Assembly (NCBI RefSeq): GCF_009914755.1
Contig: NC_060946.1
Strand: one strand, 5' to 3'
Origin: the human T2T-CHM13v2.0 reference genome, Homo sapiens
Length of the DNA stretch: 64,000 nucleotides
Both the position numbers and the translations under genes were made by a program. The notes under the pieces are model-generated. The model had not been told where the DNA came from, made no database searches, and was given only the letters and a program-made list of their open reading frames with translations. The stretch's first letter is position 1. Each line of letters begins with the position of its first letter. Shown in pieces: positions 24,309 to 39,278 of the stretch.

Positions 24309-27300
24309 CACTGATCACCCAGGTGATTCAACTCTTGACTAGGAACTGCCTACAGAGGTTATTGTGAAATATCTCTGCACTGATAAACTAGGTGGTGTAA
24401 CCGTTGTCCAAGCTCTGCCTACAGGGGCGTTTCCACATATCCCTGAACTGATGACAAAGGTGATGTAACTCTTGCCTAGGCTTTGCCTACAGGGAACATT
24501 GGACATATATCTGCACTGATCACCCAGGTGATGCAACTCTTGCCTAGGCTTTGCCTACAGGGGACATTGTGACATATCTCTTCAATGATCACTCATGTGA
24601 TGCATCTCTTGCCTAGGCTTTGCCTACAGGCGACATTGTGACATATCTCTGCACTGATTTCCCAGGTGCTGTAACTTTAGTCTAGGCTCTGGCTACACGG
24701 CATTGTGACCTACCTCTGCACTGATCACCCAGGTGATATAACTCTTCTCTAGGATCTGCCTACAGGGTGCTTTTTGAAATATCTCTGCACTGATCACCCA
24801 GGTGATCTAACTCTGGTCTAAGCTCTGCCTAAAGGGGCACTGTGACAGATCTCTGCACTGATCACTCTGGTGATGTAAGTATTGTCTAGGCTCTGCTTCA
24901 AGGGGCCTTGTCACATATCTCTGCACTGATCACCCAGGTGATGTAACTCTTGTCTATGCTCTGCTTCCAGGGCATATTGTGACATATCTATGCACTGATC
25001 ACCTTAGTGATGTAACACTTTGGTAGGCTCGGCCGACAGGGGAATCTTGACATATCTCTGCACAGTTAACCGGGGTGATTTAACTCTTGTCTAGGCTGTG
25101 CCCACAGGGGGATTGAGACATATCTCTGCACTGATCCCGAGGTGATACAACTCTTGCCTGGTCTCTGCCTACTGTGGACATTGTGACATATCTCTGCACT
25201 GATCTCCCAGGTGCTGTAACTTTTGTCTAGGCTCTGGCTACACGGCATTGTGACATATAACTGCACTGATCACCCAGGCGATATAACTGTTCTCTAGGAT
25301 CTGACCACAGGGTGCTTTGTGACATATCCCTGCAATGATCACCCAGGTGATATACCACTTGCCAAGGCTCTGCCTACAGGGGCATTGCAGTGTATCTCTG
25401 CACTGATCACCTAGGTCTTGTAGCTATTTTCTAGGATCTGCCTACAGGGTGCTTTGTGACGTGTCCCAGGAAGGATTACCCAGGTGATGTACCTCTCATC
25501 AAGGCTCTGCCTACAGGCACATTGTGATGTATGTCTGCACTGATCACCTCGGTCATGTAACTTTTTTCTAGGCTCTACCAACGATGGCATTGTGACATAT
25601 CTCTGCACTAATCATCCAAGTGATGTAACTCTTGTCTAGGATGTGCCTAAATTAACTTTTTGACATAACCCTGTACTGATCATCCAGGTGATGGAGCTTT
25701 TGTCTAGGCTCTGCCTAAGGGGGCATTGTGACATATTTCTGCATTGATCCCCCAGGTGGCGAACTCTTCTCTCGGATCTGCCTATGGGGGCATTGTGAGA
25801 AATCTCTGCACTGATCACCCAGGTGATGTAACTGTTGTGTAACCTCTGCCTACAGGGGAATTGTGAGAGATCTCGTCACTCATTACCCAAGTGATGTAAC
25901 CATTGTCTAGGCTTTGCGTACAGGGGGCTTTGTGACATACCTTTGCACTGATCACCCAGGTGATGTAACACATCTAAGTTCGGCCTAAAGGAGCTTTGTG
26001 ACATATCTCTGCACTGATCACTTAGGTGATGTAACACTTTTATAATCACTGCCTACAGGGAATTTTGACCAATCTCTGCACTGATCACCTAGGTGATGTA
26101 ACTCTTGTCTACCCTCTGTCCAACGGAGCGTTGTGAAATATCTCTGCACTGATCACCCAGGTGATTCAACTCTTGACTAGGAACTGCCTACAGAGGTTAT
26201 TGTGAAATATCTCTGTACTGATAAACTAGGTGGTGTAACCCTTGTCCAAGCTCTGCCTACAGGGGCGTTTCCACATATCCCTGAACTGATGACAAAGGTG
26301 ATGTAACTCTTTCCTAGGCTTTGCCTACAGGGAACATTGGACATATATCTGCACTGATCACCCAGGTGATGCAACTCTTGCCTAGGCTTTGCCTACAGGG
26401 GACATTGTGACATATCTCTTCAATGATCACTCATGTGATGCATCTCTTGCCTAGGCTTTGCCTACAGGGGACATTGTGACATATCTCTGCACTGATCTCC
26501 CAGGTGATGTAATTTAGTCTAGGCTCTGGCTACACGGCATTGTGACCTACCTCTGCACTGATCACCCAGGTGATATAACTCTTCTCTAGGATCTGCCTAC
26601 AGGGTACTTTGTGAAATATCTCTGCACTGATCACCCAGGTGATCTAACTCTGGTCTAAGCTCTGCCTAAAGGGGCATTGTGACAGATCTCTGCACTGATC
26701 ACTCTGGTGATGTACGTATTGTCTAGGCTCTGCTTCAAGGGGCCTTGTCACATATCTCTGCACTGATCACCCAGGTGATGTAACTCTTGTCTAGGCTCTG
26801 CTTCCAGGGCATATTGTGACATATCTATGCACTGATCACCTTAGTGATGTAACACTTTGGTAGGCTCGGCCGACAGAGGAATCTTGACATATCTCTGCAC
26901 AGTTAACCGGGGTGATTTAACTCTTGTCTAGGCTGTGCCCACAGGGGGATTGAGACATATCTCTGCACTGATCCCGAGGTGATACAACTCTTGCCTGGTC
27001 TCTGCCTACTGGGGACATTGTGACATATCTCTGCACTGATCTCCCAGGTGCTGTAACTTTAGTCTAGGCTCTGGCTACACGGCATTGTGACATATCACTG
27101 CACTGATCACCCAGGCGATATAACTCTTCTCTAGGATCTGACCACAGGGTGCTTTGTGACATATCCCTGCAATGATCACCCAGGTGATATACCACTTGCC
27201 AAGGCTCTGCCTACAGGGGCATTGCAGTGTATCTCTGCACTGATCACCTAGGTCTTGTAGCTATTTTCTAGGATCTGCCTACAGGGTGCTTTGTGACGTG

Positions 27301-27981
27301 TCCCAGCAAGGATTACCCAGGTGACGTACCTCTCATCAAGGCTCTGCCTACAGGCACATTGTGATGTATCTCTGCACTGATCACCTCGGTCATTTAACTT
27401 TTTTCTAGGCTCTACCTACGATGGCATTGTGACATATCTCTGCACTAATCATCCAAGTGATGTAACTCTTGTCTAGGATGTGCCTAAATTAACTTTTTGA
27501 CATAACCCTGTACTGATCATCCAGGTGATGGAGCTTTTGTCTAGGCTCTGCCTAAGGGGGCATTGTGACATATTTCTGCATTGATCACCCAGGTGGCGAA
27601 CTCTTGTCTCGGATCTGCCTATGGGGGCATTGTGAGAAATCTCTGCACTGATCACCCAGGTGATGTAACTGTTGTGTAACCTCTGCCTACAGGGGAATTG
27701 TGAGAGATCTCGTCACTCATTACCCAAGTTATGTAACCATTGTCTAGGCTTTGCGTACAGGGGGCTTTGTGACATACGTTTGCACTGATCACCCAGTTGA
27801 TGTAACACCTAAGTTCGGCCTAAAGGAGCTTTGTGACATATCTCTGCACTGATCACTTAGGTGATGTAACACTTTTATAATCACTGCCTACAGGGAATTT
27901 TGACAAATCTCTGCACTGATCACCTAGGTGATGTAACTCTTGTCTACCCTCTGTCCAACGGGGCATTGTGAAATATCTCTG
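24309..27981 (-). repeat. Two 27-mer HOR variants (1838 and 1835 bp; m6/m7 fusion)
   Basis: Marker at 24339, 26177 and 28012. The same fusion junction as at 2530 and 4368 occurs in monomers starting at 24652 and 26490. The second unit has small extra deletions (gtaatttagt ~26510; aacacctaag ~27805). Confidence 0.92.
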
Positions 27982-29750
27982 CACTGATCACCCAGGTGAT
28001 TCAACTCTTGACTAGGAACTGCCTACAGAGGTTATTGTGAAATATCTCTGCACTGTTAAACTAGGTGGTGTAACCCTTGTCCAAGCTCTGCCTACAGGGG
28101 CGTTTCCACATATCCCTGAACTGATGACAAAGGTGATGTAACTCTTTCCTAGGCTTTGCCTACAGGGAACATTGGACATATATCTGCACTGATCAACCAG
28201 GTGATGCAACTCTTGCCTAGGCTTTGCCTACAGGGGACATTGTGACATATCTCTTCAATGATCACTCATGTGATGCATCTCTTGCCTAGGCTTTGCCTAC
28301 AGGGGACATTGTGACATATCTCTGCAATGATCTCCCAGGTGCTGTAAATTTAGTCTAAGCTCTGGCTACACGGCATTGTGACCTACCTCTACACTGATCA
28401 CCCAGGTGATCTAACTCTGGTCTAAGCTCTGCCTAAAGGGGCATTGTGACAGATCTCTGCACTGATCACTCTGGTGATGTAAGTATTGTCTAGGCTCTGC
28501 TTCAAGGGGCCTTGTCACATATCTCTGCACTGATCACCCAGGTGATGTAACTCTTGTCTAGGCTCTGCTTCCAGGGCATATTGTGACATATCTATGCACT
28601 GATCACCTTAGTGATGTAACACTTTGGTAGACTCGGCCGACAGGGGAATCTTGACATATCTGTGCACAGTTAACCGGGGTGATTTAACTCTTGTCTAGGC
28701 TGTGCCCACAGGGGGATTGAGACATATCTCTGCACTGATCCCGAGGTGATACAACTCTTGCGTGGTCTCTGCCTACTGTGGACATTGTGACATATCTCTG
28801 CACTGATCTCCCAGGTGCTGTAACTTTAGTCTAGGCTCTGGCTACACGGCATTGTGACATATAACTGCACTGATCACCCAGGCGATATAACTGTTCTCTA
28901 GGATCTGACCACAGGGTGATTTGTGACATATCCCTGCAATGATCACCCAGGTGATATACCACTTGCCAAGGCTCTGCCTACAGGGGCATTGCAGTGTATC
29001 TCTGCACTGATCACCTAGGTCTTATAGGTATTTTCTAGGATCTGCCTACAGGGTGCTGTGTGAGGTGTCCCAGCAAGGATTACCCAGGTGATGTACCTCT
29101 CATCAAGGCTCTCCCTACAGGCACATTGTGATGTATCTCTGCACTGATCACCTCGGTCATGTAACTTTTTTCTAGGCTCTACCTAGGATGGCATTGTGAC
29201 ATATCTCTGCACTAATCATCCAAGTGATATAACTCTTGTCTAGGATGTGCCTAAATTAACTTTTTGACATAACCCTGTACTGATCATCCAGGTGATGGAG
29301 CTTTTGTCTAGGCTCTGCCTAAGGGGGCATTGTGACATATTTCTGCATTGATCCCCCAGGTGGCGAACTCTTCTCTCGGATCTGCCTATGGGGGCATTGT
29401 GATAAATCTCTGCACTGATCACCCAGGTGATGTAACTGTTGTGTAACCTCTGCCTACAGGGGAATTGTGAGAGATCTCGCCCCTGATTACCCAAGTGATG
29501 TAACCGTTGTCTAGGCTTTGCGTACAGTGGGCTTTGTGACATACCTTTGCACTGATCACCCAGGTGATGTAACACATCTAAGTTCGGCCTAAAGGAGCTT
29601 TGTGACATATCTCTTCACTGATCGCTTAGGTGATGTAACACTTTTATAATCACTGCCTACAGGGAATTTTGACAAATCTCTGCACTGATCACCTAGGTGA
29701 TGTAACTCTTGTCTACCCTCTGTCCAACGGGGCATTGTGAAATATCTCTG
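27982..29750 (-). repeat. 26-mer HOR variant (1769 bp; m6/m7 fusion plus loss of m8)
   Basis: Marker spacing 28012-29781 is 1769. The fused m6/7 at 28325 is followed directly by m9 (gtgatctaactctggtctaag) at ~28392. Confidence 0.92.
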
Positions 29751-32700
29751 CACTGATCACACAGGTGATTCAACTCTTGACTAGGAACTGCCTACAGAGG
29801 TTATTGTGAAATATCTCTGCACTGATAAACTAGGTGGTGTAACCCTTGTCCAAGCTCTGCCTACAGGGGCGTTTCCACATATCCCTGAACTGATGACAGA
29901 GGTGATGTAACTCTTGCCTAGGCTTTGCCTACAGGGAACATTGGACATATGTCTGCACTGATCAACCAGGTGATGCAACTCTTGCCTAGGCTTTGCCTAC
30001 AGGGGACATTGTGACATACCTCTTCAATGATCACTCATGTGATGCATCTCTTGCCTAGGCTTTGCCTACAGGAGACATTGTGACATATCTCTGCACTGAT
30101 CTCCCAGGTGCTGTAACTTTAGTCTAGGCTCTGGCTACACGGCATTGTGACATATCACTGCACTGATCAACCAGGTGATATAACTCTTGTATAGGCTCTG
30201 CCTACAGGGGGATTGTGACCTACCTCTGCACTGATCACCCAGGTGATATAACTCTTCTCTAGGATCTTCCTACAGGGTACTTTGTGACATATCCCTGCAC
30301 TGATCACCCAGGTGATCTATCTCTGGTCTAAGCTCTGCCTAAAGGGGCATTGTGACAGATCTCTGCACTGATCACTCAGGTGATGTAAGTATTGTCTAGG
30401 CTCTGCTTCAAGGGGCCTTGTCACATATCTCTGCACTGATCACCCAGGTGATGTAACTCTTGTCTAGGCTCTGCTTCCAGGGCATATTGTGACATATCTA
30501 TGCACTGATCACCTCAGTGATGTAACACTTTGGTAGGCTCGGCCTACGGCGGAATCTTGACATATCTCTGCACTGTTAACCGATGTGATTTAACTCTTGT
30601 CTAGGCTGTGACCACAGGGTTATTGAGACATATCTCTGCACTGATCCCGAGGTGATACAACTCTTGCCTGGTCTCTGCCTACTGTGGACATTGTGACATA
30701 TCTCTGCACTGATCTCCCAGGTGCTGTAACTTTAGTCTAGGCTCTGGCTACACGGCATTGTGACATATCACTGCACTGATCACCCAGGCAATATAACTCT
30801 TCTCTAGGATCTGACCACAGGGTGCTTTGTGACATATCCCTGCAATGATCACCCAGGTGATATACTACTTGCCGAGGCTCTGACTACAGGGTCATTGCAA
30901 TGTATCTCTGCACTGATCACCTAGGTCTTGTAGCTATTTTCTAGGATCTGCCTACAGGGTGCTTTGTGACGTGTCCCAGCAAGGATTACCCAGGTGATGT
31001 ACCTCTCATCAAGGCTCTGCCTACAGGCACATTGTGATGTATCTCTGCACTGATCACCTCTGTCATGTAACTTTTTTCTAGGCTCTACCTACGATGGCAT
31101 TGTGACATATCTCTGCTCTAATCGTCCAAGTGATGTAACTCTTGTCTAGGATGTGCCTTAGTTAACTTTTTGACATAACCCTGTACTGATCATCCAGGTG
31201 ATGGAGATTTGTCTAGGCTCTGCCTAAGGGGGCATTGTGACATATTTCTGCATTGATCACCCAAGTGGCGAACTCTTCTCTCGGATCTGCCTATGGGGCA
31301 TTGTGAGAAATCTCTGCACTGATCACCCAGGTGATGTAACTGTTGTGTAACCTCTGTCTACAGGGGAATTGTGAGAGATCTCGCCACTGATTACCCAAGT
31401 GATGTAACCGTTGTCTAGGCTTTGCGTACAGGGGGCTTTGTGACATACCTTTGCACTGATCACCCAGGTGATGTAACACATCTAAGTTCGGCCTATAGAG
31501 CTTTGTGACATATCTCTGCACTGATCGCTTAGGTGATGTAACACTTTTATAATCACTGCCTACAGGGAATTTTGACAAATCTCTGCACTGATCACCTAGG
31601 TGATGTAACTCTTGTCTACCCTCTGTCCAACGGGGCATTGTGAAATATCTCTGCACTGATTACCCAGGTGATTCAACTCTTGACTAGGAACTGCCTACAG
31701 AGATTATTGTGAAATATCTCTGCACTGATAAACTAGGTGGTGTAACCCTTGTCCAAGCTCTGCCTACAGGGGCGTTTCCACATATCAATGAACTGATGAC
31801 AGTGGTGATGTAACTCTTGCCTAGGTTTTGCCTACAGGGAACATTGGACATATATCTGCACTGATCACCCAAGTGATGCAACGCTTGCCTAGGTTTTGCC
31901 TACAGGGGACACTGTGACATATCTCTTCAATGATCACTCATGTGATGCATCTCTTGCCTAGGCTTTGCCTACAGGGGACATTGTGACATATCTCTGCACC
32001 GATCTCCCAGGTGCTGTAACTTTTGTCTAGGCTCTGGCTACACGGCATTGTGACATATCACTGCACTGATCAACCAGGTGATATAACTCTTGTATAGGCT
32101 CTGACTACATGCGGATTGTGACCTACCTCTGCACTGATCACCCAGGTGATATAACTCTTCTCTAGGATCTTCCTACAGGGTACTTTGTGAGATATCCCTG
32201 CACTGATCACCCAGGTGATCTATCTCTGGTCTAAGCTCTGCCTAAAGGGGCATTGTGACAGATCTCTGCACTGATCACTCAGGTGATGTAAGTATTGTCT
32301 AGGCTCTGCTTCAAGGGGCCTTGTCACATGTCTCTGCACTGATCACCCAGGTGATGTAACTCTTGTCTAGGCTCTGCTTCCAGGGCATATTGTGACATAT
32401 CTATGCACTGATCACCTTAGTGATGTAACACTTTGGTAGGCTCGGCCTACAGGGGAATCTTGACATATCTCTGCACTGTTAACCGAGGTGATTTAACTCT
32501 TGTCTAGGCTGTGCCCACAGGGGGATTGAGACATATATCTGCACTGATCCCTAGGTGATACAACTCTTGCCTGGTCTCTGCCTACTGTGGACATTGTGAC
32601 ATATCTCTGCACTGATCTCCCAGGTGCTGTAACTTTAGTCTAGGCTCTGGCTACACGGCATTGTGACATATCACTGCACTGATCACCCAGGCGATATAAC

Positions 32701-35700
32701 TCTTCTCTAGGATCTGACCACAGGGTGCTTTGTGACATATCCCTGCAATGATCACCCAGGTGATATACCACTTGCCAAGGCTCTGCCTACAGGGGCATTG
32801 CAATGTATCTCTGCACTGATCACCTAGGTCTTGTAGCTATTTTCTAGGATCTGCCTACAGGGTGCTTTGTGACGTGTCCCAGCAAGGATTACCCATGTGA
32901 TGTACCTCTCATCAAGGCTCTGCCTACAGGCACATTGTGATGTATCTCTGCACTGATCACCTAGGTCATGTAAATTTTTTCTAGGCTCTACCTACGATGG
33001 CATTGTGACATATCTCTGCACTAATCATTCAAGTGATGTAACTATTGTCTAGGATGTGCCTAAATTAACTTTTTGACATAACCCTGTACTGATCATCCAG
33101 GTGATGGAGCTTTTGTCTAGGCTCTGCCTAATGGGGCATTGTGACATATTTCTGCATTGATCACCCAGGTGGCGAACTCTTCTCTCGGATCTGCCTATGG
33201 GGGCATTGTGAGAAATCTCTGCACTGATCACCCAGGTGATGTAACTGTTGTGTAACCTCTGCCTACAGGGGAATTGTGAGAGATCTCGCCACTGATTACC
33301 CAAGTGATGTAACCGTTGTCTAGGCTTTGCGTACAGGGGGCTTTGTGACATACCTTTGCACTGATCACCCAGGTGATGTAACACACCTAAGTTCGGCCTA
33401 AAGGAGCTTTGTGACATATCTCTGCACTGATCGCTTAGGTGATGTAACACTTTTATAATCACTGCCTACAGGGAATTTTGACAAATCTCTGCACTGATCA
33501 CCTAGGTGATGTAACTCTTGTCTACCCTCTGTCCAACGGGGCATTGTGAAATATCTCTGCACTGATCACCCAGGTGATTCAACTCTTGACTAGGAACTGC
33601 CTACAGAGGTTATTGTGAAATATCTCTGCACTGATAAACTAGGTGGTGTAACCCTTGTCCAAGCTCTGCCTACAGGGGCGTTTCCACATATCCCTGAACT
33701 GATGACAGAGGTGATGTAACTCTTGCCTAGGCTTTGCCTATAGGGAACATTGGACATATATCTGCACTGATCACCCAGGTGATGCAACTCTTGCCTAGGC
33801 TTTGCCTACAGGGGACATTGTGACATATCTCTTTAATGATCACTCATGTGATGCATCTCTTGCCTAGGCTTTCCCTACAGGGGACATTGTGACATATCTC
33901 TGCACTGATCTCCCAGGTGCTGTAACTTTAGTCTAGGCTCTGGCTACACGGCATTGTGACATATCACTGCACTGATCAACCAGGAGATATAACTCTTGTA
34001 TAGGCTCTGCCTACAGGGGGATTGTGACCTACCTCTGCACTGATCACCCAGGTGATATAACTCTTCTCTAGGGTCTTCCTACAGGGTACTTTGTGACATA
34101 TCCCTGCACTGATCACCCAGGTGATCTATCTCTGGTCTAAGCTCTGCCTAAAGGGGCATTGTGACAGATCTCTGCACTGATCACTCAGGTGATGTAAGTA
34201 TTGTCTAGGCTCTGCTTCAAGGGGCCTTGTCACATATCTCTGCACTGATCACCCAGGTGATGTAACTCTTGTCTAGGCTCTGCTTCCAGGGCATATTGTG
34301 ACATATCTATGCACTGATCACCTTAGTGATGTAACACTTTGGTAGGCTCGACCTACAGGGGAATCTTGACATATCTCTGCACTGTTAACCGAGGTGATTT
34401 AACTCTTGTCTAGGCTGTGCCCACAGGGGGATTGAGACATATATCTGCACTGATCCCTAGGTGATACAACTCTTGCCTGGTCTCTGCCTACTGTGGACAT
34501 TGTGACATATCTCTGCACTGATCTCCCAGGTGCTGTAACTTTAGTCTAGGCTCTGGCTACACGGCATTGTGACATATCACTGCACTGATCACCCAGGCGA
34601 TATAACTCTTCTCTAGGATCTGACCACAGGGTGCTTTGTGACATATCCCTGCAATGATCACCCAGGTGATATACCACTTGCCAAGGCTCTGTCTACAGGG
34701 GCATTGCAATGTATCTCTGCACTGATCACCTAGGTCTTGTAGCTATATTCTAGGATCTGCCTACAGGGTGCTTTGTGACGTGTCCCAGCAAGGATTACCC
34801 ATGTGATGTACCTCTCATCAAGGCTCTGCCTACAGGCACATTGTGATGTATCTCTGCACTGATCACCTAGGTCATGTAAATTTTTTCTAGGCTCTACCAA
34901 CGATGGCATTGTGACATATCTCTGCACTAATCATTCAAGTGATGTAACACTTGTCTAGGATGTGCCTAAATTAACTTTTTGACATAAACCTGTACTGATC
35001 ATCCAGGTGATGGAGCTTTTGTCTAGGCTCTGCCTAATGGGGCATTGTGACATATTTCTGCATTGATCCCCCAGGTCGCGAACTCTTCTCTAGGATCTGC
35101 CTATGGGGGCATTGTGAGAAATCTCTGCAGTGATCACCCAGGTGATGTAACTGTTGTGTAACCTCTGCCTACAGGGGAATTGTGAGAGATCTCGCCACTG
35201 ATTACCCAACTGATGTAACCGTTGTCTAGGCTTTGCGTACAGGGGGCTTTGTGACATACCTTTGCACTGATCACCCAGGTGATGTAACACAACTAAGTTC
35301 GGCCTAAAGGAGCTTTGTGACATATCTCTGCACTGATCGCTTAGGTGATGTAACACTTTTATAATCACTGCCTACAGGGAATTTTGACAAATCTCTGCAC
35401 TGATCACCTAGGTGATGTAACACTTGTCTATCCTCTGTCCAACGGGGCATTGTGAAATATCTCTGCACTGATCACCAAGGTGATTCAACTCTTGACTAGG
35501 AACTGCCTACAGAGGTTATTGTGAAATATCTCTACACTGATAAACTAGGTGGTGTAACCGTTGTCCAAGCTCTGCCTACAGGGGCGTTTCCACATATCCC
35601 TGAACTGATGACAGAGGTGATGTAACACTTGCCTAGGCTTGGCCTACAGGGAACATTGAACATATATCTGCACTGATCACCCAGGTGATGCAACTCTTGC

Positions 35701-38700
35701 CTAGGCTTTGCCTACAGGGGACATTGTGACATATCTCTTTAATGATCACTCATGTGATGCATCTCTTGCATAGGCTTTCCCTACAGGGGACATTGTGACA
35801 TATCTCTGCACCGATCTCCCAGGTGCTGTAACTTTAGTCTAGGCTCTGGCTACACGGCATTGTGACATATCACTGCACTGATCATCCAGGTGATATAACT
35901 CTTGTATAGGCTCTGCCTACAGGGGGATTGTGACCTACCTCTGCACTGATCACCCAGGTGATATAACTCTTCTCTAGGGTCTTCCTACAGTGTACTTTGT
36001 GACATATCCCTGCACTGATCACCTAGGTGATCTATCTCTGGTCTAAGCTCTGCCTAAAGGGGCATTGTGACAGATCTCTGCACTGATCACTCAGGTGATG
36101 TAAGTATTGTCTAGGCTCTGCTTCAAGGGGCCTTGTCACATATCTCTGCACTGATCACCCAGGTGATGTAACTCTTGTCTAGGCTCTGCTTCCAGGGCAT
36201 ATTGTGACATATCTATGCACTGATCACCTTAGTGATGTAACACTTTGGTAGGCTCGGCCTACAGGGGAATCTTGACATATCTCTGCACTGTTAACCGAGG
36301 TGATTTAACTCTTGTCTAGGCTGTGCCCACAGGGGGATTGAGACATATATCTGCACTGATCCCTAGGTGATACAACTCTTGCCTGGTCTCTGCCTACTGT
36401 GGACATTGTGACATATCTCTGCACTGATCTCCCAGGTGCTGTAACTTTAGTCTAGGCTCTGGCTACACGGCATTGTGACATATCACTGCACTGATCACCC
36501 AGGCGATATAACTCTTCTCTAGGATCTGACCACAGGGTGCTTTGTGACATATCCCTGCAATGATCACCCAGGTGATATACCACTTGCCAAGGCTCTGCCT
36601 ACAGGGGCATTGCAATGTATCTCTGCACTGATCACCTAGGTCTTGTAGCTATTTTCTAGGATCTGCCTACAGGGTGCTTTGTGACGTGTCCCAGCAAGGA
36701 TTACCCATGTGATGTACCTCTCATCAAGGCTCTGCCTACAGGCACATTGTGATGTATCTCTGCACTGATCACCTAGGTCATGTAAATTTTTTCTAGGCTC
36801 TACCTACGATGGCATTGTGACATATCTCTGCACTAATCATTCAAGTGATGTAACTATTGTCTAGGATGTGCCTAAATTAACTTTTTGACATAACCCTGTA
36901 CTGATCATCCAGGTGATGGAGCTTTTGTCTAGGCTCTGCCTAATGGGGCATTGTGACATATTTCTGCATTGATCACCCAGGTGGCGAACTCTTCTCTCGG
37001 ATCTGCCTATGGGGGCATTGTGAGAAATCTCTGCACTGATCACCCAGGTGATGTAACTGTTGTGTAACCTCTGCCTACAGGGGAATTGTGAGAGATCTCG
37101 CCACTGATTACCCAAGTGATGTAACCGTTGTCTAGGCTTTGCGTACAGGGGGCTTTGTGACATACCTTTGCACTGATCACCCAGGTGATGTAACACACCT
37201 AAGTTCGGCCTAAAGGAGCTTTGTGACATATCTCTGCACTGATCGCTTAGGTGATGTAACACTTTTATAATCACTGCCTACAGGGAATTTTGACAAATCT
37301 CTGCACTGATCACCTAGGTGATGTAACTCTTGTCTACCCTCTGTCCAACGGGGCATTGTGAAATATCTCTGCACTGATCACCCAGGTGATTCAACTCTTG
37401 ACTAGGAACTGCCTACAGAGGTTATTGTGAAATATCTCTGCACTGATAAACTAGGTGGTGTAACCCTTGTCCAAGCTCTGCCTACAGGGGCGTTTCCACA
37501 TATCCCTGAACTGATGACAGAGGTGATGTAACTCTTGCCTAGGCTTTGCCTATAGGGAACATTGGACATATATCTGCACTGATCACCCAGGTGATGCAAC
37601 TCTTGCCTAGGCTTTGCCTACAGGGGACATTGTGACATATCTCTTTAATGATCACTCATGTGATGCATCTCTTGCCTAGGCTTTCCCTACAGGGGACATT
37701 GTGACATATCTCTGCACTGATCTCCCAGGTGCTGTAACTTTAGTCTAGGCTCTGGCTACACGGCATTGTGACATATCACTGCACTGATCAACCAGGTGAT
37801 ATAACTCTTGTATAGGCTCTGCCTACAGGGGGATTGTGACCTACCTCTGCACTGATCACCCAGGTGATATAACTCTTCTCTAGGGTCTTCCTACAGGGTA
37901 CTTTGTGACATATCCCTGCACTGATCACCCAGGTGATCTATGTCTGGTCTAAGCTCTGCCTAAAGGGGCATTGTGACAGATCTCTGCACTGATCACTCAG
38001 GTGATGTAAGTATTGTCTAGGCTCTGCTTCAAGGGGCCTTGTCACATATCTCTGCACTGATCACCCATGTGATGTAACTCTTGTCTAGGCTCTGCTTCCA
38101 GGGCATATTGTGACATATCTATGCACTGATCACCTTAGTGATGTAACACTTTGGTAGGCTCGACCTACAGGGGAATCTTGACATATCTCTGCACTGTTAA
38201 CCGAGGTGATTTAACTCTTGTCTAGGCTGTGCCCACGGGGGGATTGAGACATATATCTGCACTGATCCCTAGGTGATACAACTCTTGCCTGGTCTCTGCC
38301 TACTGTGGACATTGTGACATATCTCTGCACTGATCTCCCAGGTGCTGTAACTTTAGTCTAGGCTCTGGCTACACGGCATTGTGACATATCACTGCACTGA
38401 TCACCCAGGCGATATAACTCTTCTCTAGGATCTGACCACAGGGTGCTTTGTGACATATCCCTGCAATGATCACGCAGGTGATATACCACTTGCCAAGGCT
38501 CTGCCTACAGGGGCATTGCAATGTATCTCCTCCACTGATCACCTAGGTCTTGTAGCTATTTTCTAGGATCTGCCTACAGGGTGATTTGTGACGTGTCCCA
38601 GCAAGGATTTCCCAGGTGATGTACCTCTCATCAAGGCTCTGCCTACAGGCACATTGTGATGTATCTCTGCACTGATCACCTAGGTCATGTAAATTTTGTC

Positions 38701-39278
38701 TAGGCTCTACCTACGATGGCATTGTGCCATATCTCTGCACTAATCATCCAAGTGATGTAACCCTTATCTAGGATGTGCCCAAATTATCTTTTTGACATAA
38801 CCCTGTACTGATCATCCAGGTGATGGAGCTTTTGTCTAGGCTCTGCCTAAGGGGGCATTGTGACATATTTCTGCATTGATCATCCAGGTGGCGAACTCTT
38901 CTCTCAGATCTGCCTATGGGGGCATTGTGAGAAATCTCTGCACTGATCACCCAGGTGATGGAACTGTTGTGTAATCTCTGCCTACAGGGGAATTGTGAGA
39001 GATCTCATCACTGATTACCCAAGTGATGTAACCGTTGTCTAGGCATTGCATACAGTGGGCTTTGTGACATACCTTTGCACTGATCACCCAGGTGATGTAA
39101 CACTTCTAAGTTCGGCCTAAAGGAGCTTTGTGACATATCTCTGCACTGATCACTTAGGTGATGTAACACTTTTATAATCACTGCCTACAGGGAATTTTGA
39201 CAAATCTCTGCACTGATCACCTAGGTGATGTAACTCTTGTCTAACCTCTGTCCAACGGGGCATTGTGAAATATCTCTG
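29751..39278 (-). repeat. Five canonical 28-mer HOR units
   Basis: Marker at 29781, 31684, 33590, 35496, 37402 and 39309 (spacing 1903-1907). Confidence 0.92.
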
